Positions 13,421-26,375 of a stretch of DNA of 64,000 nt are shown here, one piece after another. The translations under genes were made by a program, and so were the position numbers. The notes under the pieces were generated by a model. The model made no database searches, had not been told where the DNA came from, and saw only the letters and a list, made by a program, of their open reading frames with translations. The stretch is taken from NCBI GenBank assembly GCA_030141605.1, contig JAQGDQ010000988.1, forward strand, positions 8,598 through 72,597. The letters are read 5' to 3'. The DNA is from Tubiluchus corallicola. Taxonomy: Eukaryota; Animalia; Priapulida. Position 1 is the stretch's first letter. Every line of letters starts with the position of its first letter.

Positions 13421-13534
13421 ACGGCAATATCACGCTGAAAACGCCGGTTCTCGTCTGATCACCGATGTTAAGCAACGCAGAGACTGGCTAGTACTTGGAT
13501 GGGTGACCGCCTAAGAAAACCAGGTGCTGTAGGC
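13421..13534 (+). pseudogene. 5S rRNA-derived copy lacking the first ~4 nt
   Basis: ACGGCAATATCACGCTGAAAACGCCGGTTCTCGTCTGATCACCGATGTTAAGCAACG...TAGTACTTGGATGGGTGACCGCC...GGTGCTGTAGGC matches the metazoan 5S consensus, including box A and box C. No oligo-T terminator follows. Confidence 0.85.
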
Positions 13535-13573
13535 CTGTGTTCAACTTTGTGAAAAAGACAAACATCGTACCTC

Positions 13574-16173
13574 TTATTTGTGTATGTCGTCGTACAGGGC
13601 TTGAAGAGAAAGCTTGAATTCTGTAAGCTCAGCTTCCAGGGTTCGAATCCTCTCGATGGTGTGATAGAGTTCGGTAATTTTCTCCTGAGTGCTGGCGCTG
13701 GTCACGTTGTACACATCGTACATAATGTTCTCGATCGTCGCTATTTGCTTTTGTGCCTAAATCATAGTTTTTTAAATGCAAATCCAGTTTTCCCACGGGC
13801 TTCTTATCTGTGGAATTAACTACTTTATGCGATTCAAGAGCTTTCTGATACATTCACTGCTTCAAAATATCAAAGCACACGATGATTATAGACATGGATA
13901 ATTTAAAAAAGGAACATTTGGTATGCAGTCTGCCGCCTTACCAACTACCGAACAGGTCTACTGACTGTGATGGTAATCATTTCAAATGGTTACCACATTT
14001 TTACAATGGAATAGACCGCTAGTGGACAATACTACGCTCTAATACTAAGGGGCAAAAATCAGAAGACTCGGTCGAAATTTGAATTTCGAATTTTCCTGAT
14101 GACAAAACTTAAAGGAACTGCGGGAAGGCAGTAGACATTTTTACAGGAAGATTCACTCTCCACGAATACGTAAATGTGTCAGATATGAAACATCAAAGAC
14201 ATACTTGTGTAGCCCATTTTATTCATGTAAGAGCTGGCTGAGATTGTGAAAAAACGTAAAAAGAAAGATAGAACTTAAAGTGTATAGTGACTTTTGAGAC
14301 ATCCTGTACTTGTATTTGCATTGAACCACTGATGTATGATTCTTTTATCATAATTATTTGCTGCGTGCCAGAGCGACTTTGATGCATTGTGCATGGTCGT
14401 TCTGGAGAAAACTCATGACAGATAAAACATGGTTACAGGAAGAGTAGAGTTTCCAATTAAAGTGCAGAAAACTGCAAACTAGGGAGTGCAAATGCCTCGA
14501 GTCTGTTACAGTACCAATCTTATCACAGAACATATAAAGCTTTGTCTTTTTGTCAGCAGATGGCACCACATCATGCATGTCACAATTTTATGACGTTTAG
14601 TTACAGTGTTGCTAAGACTCGTTACTTTTGTCTACTGAAATTTAGTTTGTATATTTTGAATCATTGTTTTATGTTCTGTAAATAAGGAAAAATAGATCAA
14701 TAAGTAAACACAATTACTGCCACTACTGTCGCCATCACTACTGTCGCCATCTTCTGAAATTACTAATGTCTATTGAACTAACAAGAATCATATTTGTCTG
14801 CTTGCAAAACCGTCCGTAAGTCGGTATAGTTAAAACTACATTGTGATGCTTCAAAGCAGAATGCACCAAAAATTTGGTCAAAGGCCAATTTTTCGTATTT
14901 TATCAACACAAACACTAAATAAATATCTTGGACTTTTATATTATAGCATCAAATCATCAAGGAAATGTTCAAAAAATACTAAAAATCTAATTTTATAATC
15001 TTGTACCCACTTTTCTGGCTAAAAACTAGTAATGAAATTGTAAGAAACTCCAACTCTTTTAAACTCTGATAGTTACTCATGGAAGGTCTCATTTTGCTTT
15101 GGGCTTTTTCTGTTGCCAAGCTCAGATCTTCGTCGGGAAGAGCCATCTACTGGATTTAAACATAACTTCAATGTGCTTTTGCAAAGTCCGTAACAACCAA
15201 CAATTGTGCGGTTGCTAAGTGTTTTTGTATAAACGCGACAAAAAACAATGGCTGACTTTAACAGTGATTTTCTCAAGATTATGTTTTTCAGTGTGCAGCC
15301 TGCACCTCAACTTCAACATGGATTATCTCAGCTTAGAAACAACAAGTGATGAACTTGGTATCAAAATGATCCTCATGAAATGGAGATTGAGGATATGTGA
15401 ATAGCTAGAAAAGCTTAGAGCCAACTTATGCACGATTTTGCTATGCAAACGCATATCTGACAATGAATGAATGAATATAAACAAACAAATGAGTCAGCAA
15501 ACATACACGGCACACAATACAAGTAAACAACTAACTAAACCATTTGTTTACCTGCTGATTTACACTGTTCTTGTATTCAGTCAGAATTCCTTCGTCTTCT
15601 TTACGCTTAGCATTTATATCACGTATTAACTCTTCCATCGCTTCTTCCAAACTGGCAACTTTTGAAGCTGTCCTGCAGAATTCATAGCTAACTAATTACT
15701 AATTATTTGAAAGTCCAAAACTCCAAACAGCTGCCATCATTGTGCAAACAAGAAACAGCAAGTTTAACACTCATTGCTGGAGTGGATACTGACATTATGT
15801 GATGCGTCACTACGGCAACGAGGATTTTAATTGTTTTCTTATTACTATACATATTCTTTGTAACAATAATGTAACTCGTTTAATTGTATATTTTCGCGTT
15901 TCTATTAATTTTACTTTTAATAAAGTTTTATTTTAAAATAGAGTGAAATAATTAGAATTACTGATGTCTTGTAATAGAAGATAAGGTACTAAATAAATTA
16001 CTCAGTTCTCTCTCGATCAGAATACCTATCGAGCGCGGTACAGCTCTTATAAAGCAAACTTTATTTTAGTGCAATTAAAAAAAGTAAACAATTAGGCACT
16101 CTAATGACTCCACGTACCCGCCGGGTTCAGATGTTCTTGGACTACCAATTTCTCGTATAGCTTCGTCTGCCAT
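13574..16173 (-). CDS. SYCE2: Synaptonemal complex central element protein 2-like (119 aa)
   Basis: Exons 16173-16118, 15672-15552 and 13756-13574 join in frame (360 nt): MADEAIREIGSPRTSEPGGTASKVASLEEAMEELIRDINAKRKEDEGILTEYKNSVNQQAQKQIATIENIMYDVYNVTSASTQEKITELYHTIERIRTLEAELTEFKLSLQALYDDIHK*. This matches the recalled SYCE2 core pattern (ELIxxINxxRxxD...Y(Q/D)(I/V)YN...QEK(L/I)xE...IxxLExEL...YxD). Absent from the ORF track. Confidence 0.8.
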
Positions 16174-16269
16174 GGTAAAATAGCCAAACGATAACCTATA
16201 TTATAAAAAGCGTTAAACGCGACTATTCTGCTAAACTAACTTTCTCTTGAACATCAACCACTGATAATT

Positions 16270-16830
16270 TCTGAATTGCAGACTCGGCAGGCATAGTCGC
16301 AGAGCAGTGACGTTATCTTTTTTCTGTTGTCAATTTGGGTTTAGATAACTTTATTGCAGCACTACATGGACCACACCACTCGAAAAAACTCTTCACTTTA
16401 GTTCGCTGACATAAACCAAAGACTAAGGCCTGGCTGTAAAGCAAGAAGAAAAAAATCCATTGTGCATACCAAAATTTATTTTTATCAACATATTTATTTA
16501 AATAATTATACAGATCGTCAATTTAACAGCTTACTGCTGAACTCAAGATTCTTCTATAATGTAATAAAAACTAATACTCACTAGCACTCATTACAAAGAC
16601 AATTAAATAAAGTACACATTTACAATTATAAAAACATAAACTACTTCTAAAGATTTTCTAAGTTATTAAAGAAATACATTTCACAAACTATCACTGATAA
16701 ACAATCATCATCTCATAATATTCGGCTATTCTTTGTGTATGTGATAGAGAAAAATAGTTGCTAAGTACTGATGCTGATGTCTGAAGATGCTTTCATTGGC
16801 GAAAATACATGTATATTGCAATGGTTATTT
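16270..16830. repeat. Dispersed repeat, inverted copy at ~32660-33210
   Basis: About 550 bp of high identity in reverse complement. Confidence 0.8.
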
Positions 16831-16935
16831 TATTGTAATTTTTACAAACACCTTCAAGCACCAGCCACTTTCTACTAAAATTTATTACGGCTTTGAAATT
16901 ATAAAATTAAATTAAATTTGTCAAGAAAGAGAAGA

Positions 16936-16985
<50 letters not shown>

Positions 16986-18486
16986 GGACAAAGGGGGAAG
17001 AAGGAGATGATGCGTGCGAGTGCTAATTCCGGATACTCAGGACTGCAAATATTGCATTTCATTGTTTAACCTGATTAACTTACTGGCCATTGAGATATTT
17101 CACTTTTTACAAAAAAACTCGTTCATTTTGCTGCAATGAAGATTTGCAGGTAAAAACAGCCAAGGGATTTATTAAGAGAAGTACTTAACCTTTGCAATGA
17201 TCTCATTTTTGGCTATCAAAATGTGTCAAAATCATTTTGGGTATTATGCGTTTTCAGTAAATTTATTACGTGTTTTATGCTGTTTTGTTTAGTAAATGAA
17301 GCGTTTTTCAAGGGACACCGCTTCACGAGATACAGATTTTTCTCAAGTAGTTAAATTATTTGCCTACTTAAACAAAAACAGTCAGCATCTTCATTAGAAC
17401 TGCTGAACTAGTAGTGCAGAAACAACTACTGCGCTAGCAGGATTTGCTTTTTTCACGATCTTCATCGGGGACCTCAAGAGCCTCATAGAGCAACCCAAAT
17501 GGCAAGTCAGACATCTTGCTTTGAGAAAGTTTCTTACAGCCAGGGTCGTATCAACACTTTATGACGCTCTAGGCTGATAATTCTGCCCCGCCCATCTCTA
17601 TTGTAAATTATGGGAGTTTATCTAATGAGCAGTTGAACAATTACTTGTGGCGTATTAGAAATACAATTAACCTAGTTTCTACGTGATCATTATTAATTAC
17701 ATGTATTTGCATAGCGCTTATATTCCAACAGGCTGTGTAACTGTTTGTTGTGTAATACCTTGCACCTGTTCGTTATGTGGCACTTATATAAAAGCTGAGC
17801 TCAGTAATAACTGCCTCTAAAATGGGATATCCTCAAACTTTGGCACCTAGACTATAGCCTAGTTAGCCTATTGGTTAACACGCCCCTGAAATAATTAATG
17901 CATTAATTCTATTATTATAATTCTTTATTTAAAATTTAAAATTGTACGCATATACAAATATTTACATAAAATACATACAGTGACCCTCATTTTTCAAGGG
18001 TATGGTTAAAAAACTTTGTAAATAAAATAGCTGTTATATTCGTAAGACTTTTAAATACCAATAAATCAATATACCAATAAAAGAACAACTAAAATTACAT
18101 AGTACCAGTTTACACAAAACGACCTGTATACTCCTAGTAATGTTGACGTGTTAATGGTTTAGCCTGAATAAGTTAGTAATTTTCACAGGATAAAAAGTGT
18201 CATTGATATACCTTTATAAGATGAGAAAAGTGTTTACTGACTACGCAGTTTCATTTACAACAGAAGTTAAATTGTAGCATTCAGCCCAGAACCATTAACA
18301 AGGCGGATACAAATGTTACGCAAACAACATTTACTGAAAGGGAATTCCCTCTGCAAACAGGGTTACAGAAAACAACATCCTCCAAGTTCAAACACTCAAA
18401 CTCGTTGATTTGCCAAGAGCAAACAAATCGTGACCAAATTGTTAATAAATTTAAAAAATTGGCGCGTTATTCTGATAACTGGAAAG

Positions 18487-18885
18487 TAGGGGTGGGCGTC
18501 GAATGTTCGAGTACGAACGTTCGAATTTGATTCGAACGAGTTTTTTAATTGGAATTCGTAGCGAACCTAAAATTATTGATTCGAATAATTCAGCACTTCA
18601 ACCACATGTGTTGTTTATCAATAAAATGTTTGAAACAGCATGCAATTAACATAATTTAGCATAATTTATGTAAAATTTTCAACAAACTAGTAGTAGTTTT
18701 ACTGCCGAACAAAATCAGGTAATATGCACGCTCTTTGTAAGACCACTTTGTACTAGTGGTTCAAAAATGTTTTAAGCTCAATTCGATTCGGATACGAAAT
18801 ACTGAAATTCGTTTCGATTTGAATTCGAAAGTCACAAACTTCATTCGATTCGAATTCACTTTCTGGCAGAGAATGCTCTCCCCTA
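18487..18885. mobile_element. hAT-type MITE rich in TTCGAA motifs (partial copy at ~8605-8832)
   Basis: Termini TAGGGG...CCCCTA; 8-bp TSD CTGGAAAG/CTAGAAAG. Confidence 0.75.
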
Positions 18886-19256
18886 CTAGAAAGCCACATG
18901 GTCTTCTCAAGGTGAGGTAAAAGATATTTAATGAAAATTAATAAAAATAAAGTAATTGATTATCACCAAACAATTAGTGAAATAATTGTCAAATAAAATG
19001 TGATACAAGTTCTTGTTTAAGGAAAAGGTTTATTTGAAATATTTTAGATATTTTTAGATATTTCAGCAAAAATTGGCCCTTAGTGGTATGACCTACTAAA
19101 AGTGGACATCTGTGGGAAGACTGCAACTTCGTCCATTTAAGAAAAAACTCTAAGATGAGACACTGAACCAGCAGGTGAGTCTCAATGAGATGCTTCGATG
19201 TTGTTAATAATTAATACTCACTCACTTAGCACATAGCCAGAAACAGCAAAGCAAAT

Positions 19257-19805
19257 GAAACTACACAAAAACAGTTTTCCTCGCTGACACCCATACAGTT
19301 ACTGGCTCAATGTTGCTAAACTTTAGTAGGAATATATTAAACCTAAAAGAGGTACTCACAAAGAAATAGAAGCCATGACACAACACTGTGAAACTACACA
19401 AAAACAGTTTTCCTCGCTGACACCCATACAGTTACTGGCTCAATGTTGCTAAACTTCACTAGGAATACATTAAACCAGGAAGAGGTGCTCACAAAGAAAG
19501 TGAAGACATGACACAACACTGTGAAACTACACAAAAACAGTTCTATTCGCTGACACCCATACAGTTACTGGCTCAATGTTGCTAAACTTTAGTAGGAATA
19601 TATTAAACCTAAAAGAGGTGCTCACAAAGAAATAGAAGACATAACACAACACTGTGAAACTACACAAAAACAGTTTTCCTCGCTGACACCCACACAGTTA
19701 CTGGCTCAATGTTGCTAAACTTTAGTAGGAATATATTAAACCTAAAAGAGGTACTCACAAAGAAATAGAAGACATAACACAACACTGTGAAACTACACAA
19801 AAAAA
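19257..19805. repeat. 133-bp tandem repeat, ~4 copies (monomer also at ~26808-26943)
   Basis: GAAACTACACAAAAACAG recurs at 19257, 19390, 19523, 19656 and 19789. Confidence 0.9.
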
Positions 19806-21720
19806 GTTTTAAAAATTGCATATAATTGACAAAAGCCAGCCCTTCTTTACTTTCTTGTAAACATATTTAGGAGTTTAAGGACAACTAACTTGTTTGATCC
19901 GTCAAACTGTTCAGGACCCATTATCATGTAATCCCTAAGATTAAGTGCATTATGGCACCAGTTTAGTTCACACAATCAGATGCGTTACAAACTCCAATGA
20001 TGAGAATGATAAATTGCAAAAACTCTGAAACAGGCCGGGGGTTTGGGGCTGCGTAGGAAACAACAAATTGCAATTTTATGACCACAGGGAGCCTCTAAGT
20101 GGACTTAAAATATCAATTACCTTGTTTCATGCATAATTTAAAATAACCAACAATCAAGGATACATGATACCTAATTGTCTCAAAAACGCTTAAGTACTGG
20201 CCGCTCCTATGCAAAAGTATATAAAAACTGTCTGCAATTGACTCAAATAACTCCGCACAATTGGTTCTATATTTTTATACATAGAGATATACACGTGGTT
20301 ACACTGATGTACGTGATGTAAACAAAGTGACGGCCTGCCAACTAGCGGTCAGTTTGTGAAATAATGTACTGCCTGCAATTGACTCAAATAACAAGAATAA
20401 GTACCTGTGGATTGTTCATCATCATTGTTTTGCTCATTATTTGCTTTTTGTCATTTTTAAGAAATTGAACTACAACATTCTAACTTTTAGGTGTCTTTGA
20501 TGAAACTACGTGATTACAATCATCATTTTTATTCGTAAAACAATAAAACAACCAATCAGATTTCGCTATTCGTTTATCTATAATGTGAATGTATTTAGAT
20601 TATTATTTATTTGCACAGCTAAATCATAAATTACATCAAAATACACGCACAATTACAAGTACATTTACAATTATGAAATACAAAAAAAAATTAAAATACA
20701 ATCGGTAAAATAAATCAGAAAATATTTATTAACGGAGAAGAAAACGCTCTTCGTAAACGAAACGTAAAAATTCACCTTGAAGCGTAGAAATTTTCCAAGA
20801 GTTAGATGCTGTCTTGTTGCATACAGAGCTTGCGTTAGCAGTATCACTGTATATAATTTACAATTTTAAAGCAAAACCAGACTCAATCTCAAACTTAGGT
20901 CAAAATAACCTAGTCCTTAAAATGTTGAAAGAAACATAATATTTTATTGAAAAATGACTTACGTGAAAGAATTACATACCACCCCACCACACAGCTTCAC
21001 CAACACGACACGGAACTTACCACCCCACCACACTATCCACATCACATCATATAACCCACACCACACCACACTGACCAGACTACACCACAACAACCACAGC
21101 ACACAAACTACACCATGCTACACCCACCTCACAAAATCCACAGATGATAATAGACTAAATGAATTTAGTTATAATGTACATTCTATCATACATGTAGAAG
21201 ACAGCTTCGAAAAGACAGAGAACGCAATGCCTATCAAGGTACACCATTCTCATGTCTTCATTGAAGGAGGAGGTTCTCAGCAAGAATCGGGCTTATAAGC
21301 CACCTCCGTACCAATCCTACGAAGTCAGAATGAAACCATGGTCCTCTTCGACTACGAAGGACGAACAACAACAACAACAACATTCTATAACGCTGTACAA
21401 CAGAGGCTGAAGACAATGTCTGGAACAGCCACGAAATTTTTCAAATTCAAAGAAAATGGATGTTCCAAACAGCATGCAGCACGGGGAGTTGAAAAAGAAG
21501 TTCTAAATACACCTTTCCCGTTTCGTCCACTGGACATCTCTCAAAGCAAAACCTTCATGAATTGTAGACCCTTTCGTTTTGGAAACAAGGTGTAGTATGT
21601 TGATACATAACTAAGTCATTGAGAATTAAAATACCACATTCATTAAGTACGGATGTGCCAACAGTGGTACATTTAGATAAATTGTTTAGCATAACCATAT
21701 ACTACTAAACTGCATTATCG

Positions 21721-24216
21721 CTAAACGAATGAATCCGATTTCGACTCGGGCTCTGATTCCGACTCGAACTCGTCTGATGAGGACTCAACTACTTCACTGT
21801 CAGTTTGTGATTCAATTGTTCTTTTTCTTCTAACAATATATGCCCCCAGCCCTAACAGAGCAGCTAAAGCGACTCCACCTACAATGCCGACTATTACTAA
21901 TTTGTGAGACTTGAAATCCGTTGTTGTTTTTAAAGTGGTGCCTTCCACTGTATTTATTTCGGTCACAGTTGTTGATGCTGCTGTCGACGTTGTTGATGCT
22001 GCTGTCGACGTTGTGGATGCTGCCATCGACGTTGTTGATGCAGCTGTCGACGCTGTTGATGCTGCTGTCGACGTTGTAGATGCTGCTGTCGATGTTGTAG
22101 ATGCTGCCGCCGACGCTGTTGATGCTGCCGTCGACGTTGTTGAAGCTGCCGTCGACGTTGCTGAAGCTGCCATCGACGTTGTTGAAGCTGCCGTCGACGT
22201 TGGAGATGCTGCTGTCGACGCTGTTGATGCTGCCATCGATGTTGTTGATATTGTTGTCGTCGTTAACAGTTCATCACAGTCAAAATCATCAGCTGTTGAA
22301 TCTTGAACATTTTTAGGCCATACACAATCAACACGAGTGCGATCGTTGAGCGACCAGGGAGGCAGAACAATCCAGGTCAAGTTGCAGTCGCATCTCAGTT
22401 GCAAATCTAAAAAATAGGAAACCATTCAGAAACCGAGATTAGACATCAATCGACAACAAAAGAATATTATTATTTGTCAGCCTACAATAGACACGCTAAA
22501 AATCTTCACTTTCATTTGACATGACCCAGGTACCAAAATCACTTTTCTGCATTTTGATAAATACATTGTTTTAAGTACTTACCTTCTGAGTGACTTTGGT
22601 AACTTAAATGTAGACATAGGAATTTCGAATGCGTTTTGGCAACTCAAATGTGACTTAGGTGAGTCAAATGTAGACATAGGATTTTCCAATGTCTTTAGGT
22701 AACTCAAATGTGACTTAGGTAAGTCAAATGTAGACATAGGAGCTTCGAATGTGTTTAGTAAAGAGCATGTTCAATTTTGCTGTATCCGTATCCGTATAGT
22801 TTACAAAGACAAATGTCATTACATTCATGAAGGCACTGATACATACCTGTGCACATTATGTATCCTTTGTTTTGGAAACCACGGATGTGTAAAACTGGAA
22901 ACTGTGTACGTTCGAATGCCTCTATCTGTCTAGCTAAATTCAGTTCTGTTTACGTATATGTATTTTATATAGGTTTTACATGTCAAATGTTGACCTGTGT
23001 TAACTCAAATGTAAATTTGGGTAATTCAAATGTGTCTTGGTAACTCAAATGTAGACTTAGGTAGTTCAAATGTGTTAACAAGGGTTTTCAACAAATCTTA
23101 ATAGGCCGAAATGAAACGTCTGCTCGCAAATATCAGAGAAAATCTTCTTGTGCAAAATCACGGTCAGAGAATGGCAATATTGGCTCAGTTGGCAGAACAG
23201 TCTGTTAATATCATAACGGCCGCAGATGCAGGCCATTTTGAAATTTGCACTTAACTACCGATTTATTCAAAGTAATTATCTACATTTGACTTACCCAAGT
23301 CACATTTGAGTTACCAAAACACATTCGAAATTCCTATGTCTGTATTTGACTTACCTAGGTCACATTTGAACTTTCCTGTGTCTACACTTGAGTTACCTAT
23401 TTTGATGTCATTGTGTGCTTAATGTCATTATATTGTACTGAATGCGACAATAATAAACTAAAAAAATCCCTTATATTGCACCTGAATTTTATCAGTTAAC
23501 TAATTAGTGAACTAATAAGAGATTTTCAATTATTTAATTAATTAAATAGTGTCAATTCATAGAAAGAAAAACAACGGCAAAATTATAAACTACAATTGTT
23601 TGCGTTTTCTTTACAGACTTAACTATATTGTTTTCGAGCACTTACCCTGAAGGTAAAATTCCACATTTTCAGCTGCAACACTCTTGTGAATTTTTGGAGG
23701 TTTCAGCCCTTCAATATTGTTATCTGTGATGGTCAAAAGCCCAAAGAATGGATTACCGGAGAAGTCGAACTCCGGAATTTCCGTTAGTTGACCTCCATTG
23801 AAGAAAAGACCCCAGAACTCTGCATTCTTGAAAGCATCTGGATGTATGTAAGAAAGCTTCGTTGATTCAAAAGTAAAATCATTCACGTGACCATTTATTG
23901 AATTTGGCCCCAAACGTCTCAAGCTACCCCGTCTTATGTGTAAGCTGCCGAGCTGCAATACTTTTCCCTTGAAAAAATTGTCTGGAAGCTCAGTTCCTTT
24001 GTAATATTCTAAATAAACTTTATATCTCCTATCATTTAGACTTCCCAGATCATTATCTATTTTTGCCAGTTTAACTTTTGTCATGCCTGAGCAAGTTATT
24101 TTGCAGCCTTTATTCCATTTCTCAATCAGACAACCTTTAACAATTTTTTTGCAATAATCTTTAGACAGGCAAGCAGTTATTAAAGATGAGATGCACAACG
24201 CAAATAGCAAAGCCAT
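21721..24216 (-). CDS. Type I membrane protein: signal peptide, short LRR array, LRRCT, Ser/Thr/Ala mucin stalk, TM helix, acidic tail (418 aa)
   Basis: Exons 24216-23646 (donor CAGG|GTAAG) and 22406-21721 (acceptor TTTTTAG|AT) join as FYLQ-D-LQLRCDCNLTW (LRRCT). LRR-like segments LPDNFF, LSYIHPDAF, LTEIP. 21-bp AASTTST repeats. TM LVIVGIVGGVALAALLGLGAYIV followed by RRKR. Confidence 0.85.
22595..23400. repeat. Repeat family built from short TCAAATGT(A)GACTTAGGTAA motifs in both orientations (also ~46780-47420)
   Basis: Forward motifs at 22595-23090 and reverse motifs at 23280-23400, suggesting a MITE with subterminal repeats. Confidence 0.6.
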
Positions 24217-24439
24217 TTCCTGTACAACCTAAATAAGTTACGTGACTACTACATCTATAGCCTGTATTCCAGAAGTTCTGCACAGTCATTCCAATTACTA
24301 TTGTAAATGTTTTTCATTGTCTTCATTGTTTTTTCCACAAACTACCAAAACTTTCAAAATCAACAATGCATTCCTTCAATTGAAGTTAACAATGTGACGT
24401 GTACGGTGGCGTTTTCCACACAAATAGGCGTATATAACC

Positions 24440-25215
24440 GATCAAAAATAGAAGAACATATTATTAGAAGAGATGCTAATCAGTTTTGGAAAAAGCACAA
24501 ATACATGGGCTCTTTTCTAAGCACTGAAGATGATATTAAAAGTAGAAAGCAACAAGCAATGCATGCTTTCTTCAATGCGAGAATGTATTAACTAGCAAGA
24601 AATTAAGTCTTAACATGGTCTTACGTTACCAGCATAGTTATGTATAACAGCGAAACTCGGGGTTTAACGATTACTCGAGAAAAATTTAAATAATGATGAT
24701 AATCTTTATTTAAAATCGGGTTTTTGGGTCAACAATTAACATTAGCTCAAAGAGCTATTATCGCCGACTGCAAATAACAATCTACAACTACATAACAGAG
24801 ACTATTATTACCCCACTTTTACCCCAAAAACCAGGCCTCAGGCAGGGCAATACCAGGTGCCATTTTTAAAGTCCTTGGTATGACCCCAGCACTGTATCGA
24901 ACTTACGACCTCACAGACGGAAAGTGACACGTTACTGGTAGATCAAATCGTCTGGTCGAGACAAATTGACACGTTTCATAGAAGTCTTCTAAGGAAAGTT
25001 TTAAAGATAAGATAGTCATATGCAATCAAAAATGAATTATGCATCAGAACAAAAGAAATTTATTGGAGTTCAAAAGGCAAGATCCGAAGATTAAGATAGC
25101 TAGGACATCCTCTAAGATTACCAAGTGAAGCACCAGTAAGAATCGCTTTAAAGGAAGCCTTAAAACCTTGCAAAAAACACCTGGTAAACCTAAAACGACT
25201 TGGATAGCTAAGTAA
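24440..25215 (+). mobile_element. Degenerate non-LTR retrotransposon (RTE-like) 3' fragment
   Basis: KYMGSFL...YNSET...[16 protein letters not shown]...KIRRLR*LGH...GKPKTTW; interrupted by the SINE. Confidence 0.7.
24688..24957 (-). mobile_element. tRNA-derived SINE inserted into a LINE fragment
   Basis: Reverse complement of the 9594 SINE. Flanked by CGAGAAAAATT/CGAGACAAATT (TSD); the uninterrupted site is visible at ~4313. Confidence 0.85.
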
Positions 25216-26251
25216 ATACGCTTTTTGCAGCATTGTGAGACACGAGAACTTAAACTGTTATTGTGTTATTGAAATATTAGGCTATATATATAGAGAGAGA
25301 TAGATAGATATAGGACACATGATTTAACACCAGGTAGTGAATACAGTTACTGGTATAAATAATAATATAATATATATATGCATTGCATGTATTTTTGGCA
25401 CTAATAATAGATGAATAAATAAATACATATATTATATATATATATTTATTTATTTATTAGTGCCACAAAAGCATACAATACAAGAAAAAACAAGACATAC
25501 ATACAATTTCAGTTTTGAAATATAATGACACTGCTGACGAACAAAACAATTTTTGATAAAACAAATATCATCAAATCTTCCTGTTAGTTATTTTAATTAC
25601 TTAAATGAAAAGTTCAGTGATTACTGTTTAAAATAAATTGTTATTCATCAATCATCAATATTCAATGATCATTACATATTATATTATTCATCATGTCCTA
25701 AAAACGATTTTTCAACGAAATCAATAAATGCCTTAATTACTTCTAAATCATTACTTCTCATCAGCATCTCGCATAAGGAAAAATTCTGGTTTAATTACAT
25801 TGAAGTGATTATATAATCTTCCTCTAAGATCATTGTAATATGGGAATTTTATAACAAAGTGTAATTCGTCTTCGATTTCCATTTTTTAAACAGCATGAGC
25901 AGTTACGATTCTCAAATATGTAACAACTTAAAAATAAACATGTAATATCTACTTATTATACTTGCAATAAAGAAATAATATAACATTTGTAAATCAAATT
26001 GTAATTGGAATCTGGAAATAAGACTAAGTTCACTTGTTTATGGCTGCAAGAACCAAAATCTAGTCAAATGTAATAAATGCTTGAGACAGTGATTGTAATA
26101 GTAACATTTGTGTATTTCAACATGTCTGTATATTGCGATGTGTATATAAGCCTGGTTGCTAACATTTATGTAAACCACGTGACTATGCCTTGAAAATAGA
26201 CCGCCTTTTGGATTTCGTATTTGTAATACGTAGTTTCTGAATAAACTAGAA

Positions 26252-26338
26252 TAATGATGACGATGATGATGACGATGATGATGATGATAATGATGATGAT
26301 AATGATGATGATGATGATGATGATGATAATGACGATGG

Positions 26339-26375
<37 letters not shown>

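Noticed and set aside
13421-13534. Functional 5S rRNA gene
   Set aside because: The 5' helix-I strand is truncated, there is no T-run terminator, and it is not in a tandem array; treated as a derived copy.
20954-21595. Two plus-strand ORFs (114 and 85 aa)
   Set aside because: Begin in a Kolobok fragment and a CAC-rich low-complexity tract, with no recognisable domain; they overlap the likely 3' flank of the LRR gene.
21911-22306. VDAAVDV-repeat ORF
   Set aside because: Antisense of the mucin stalk of the LRR gene.
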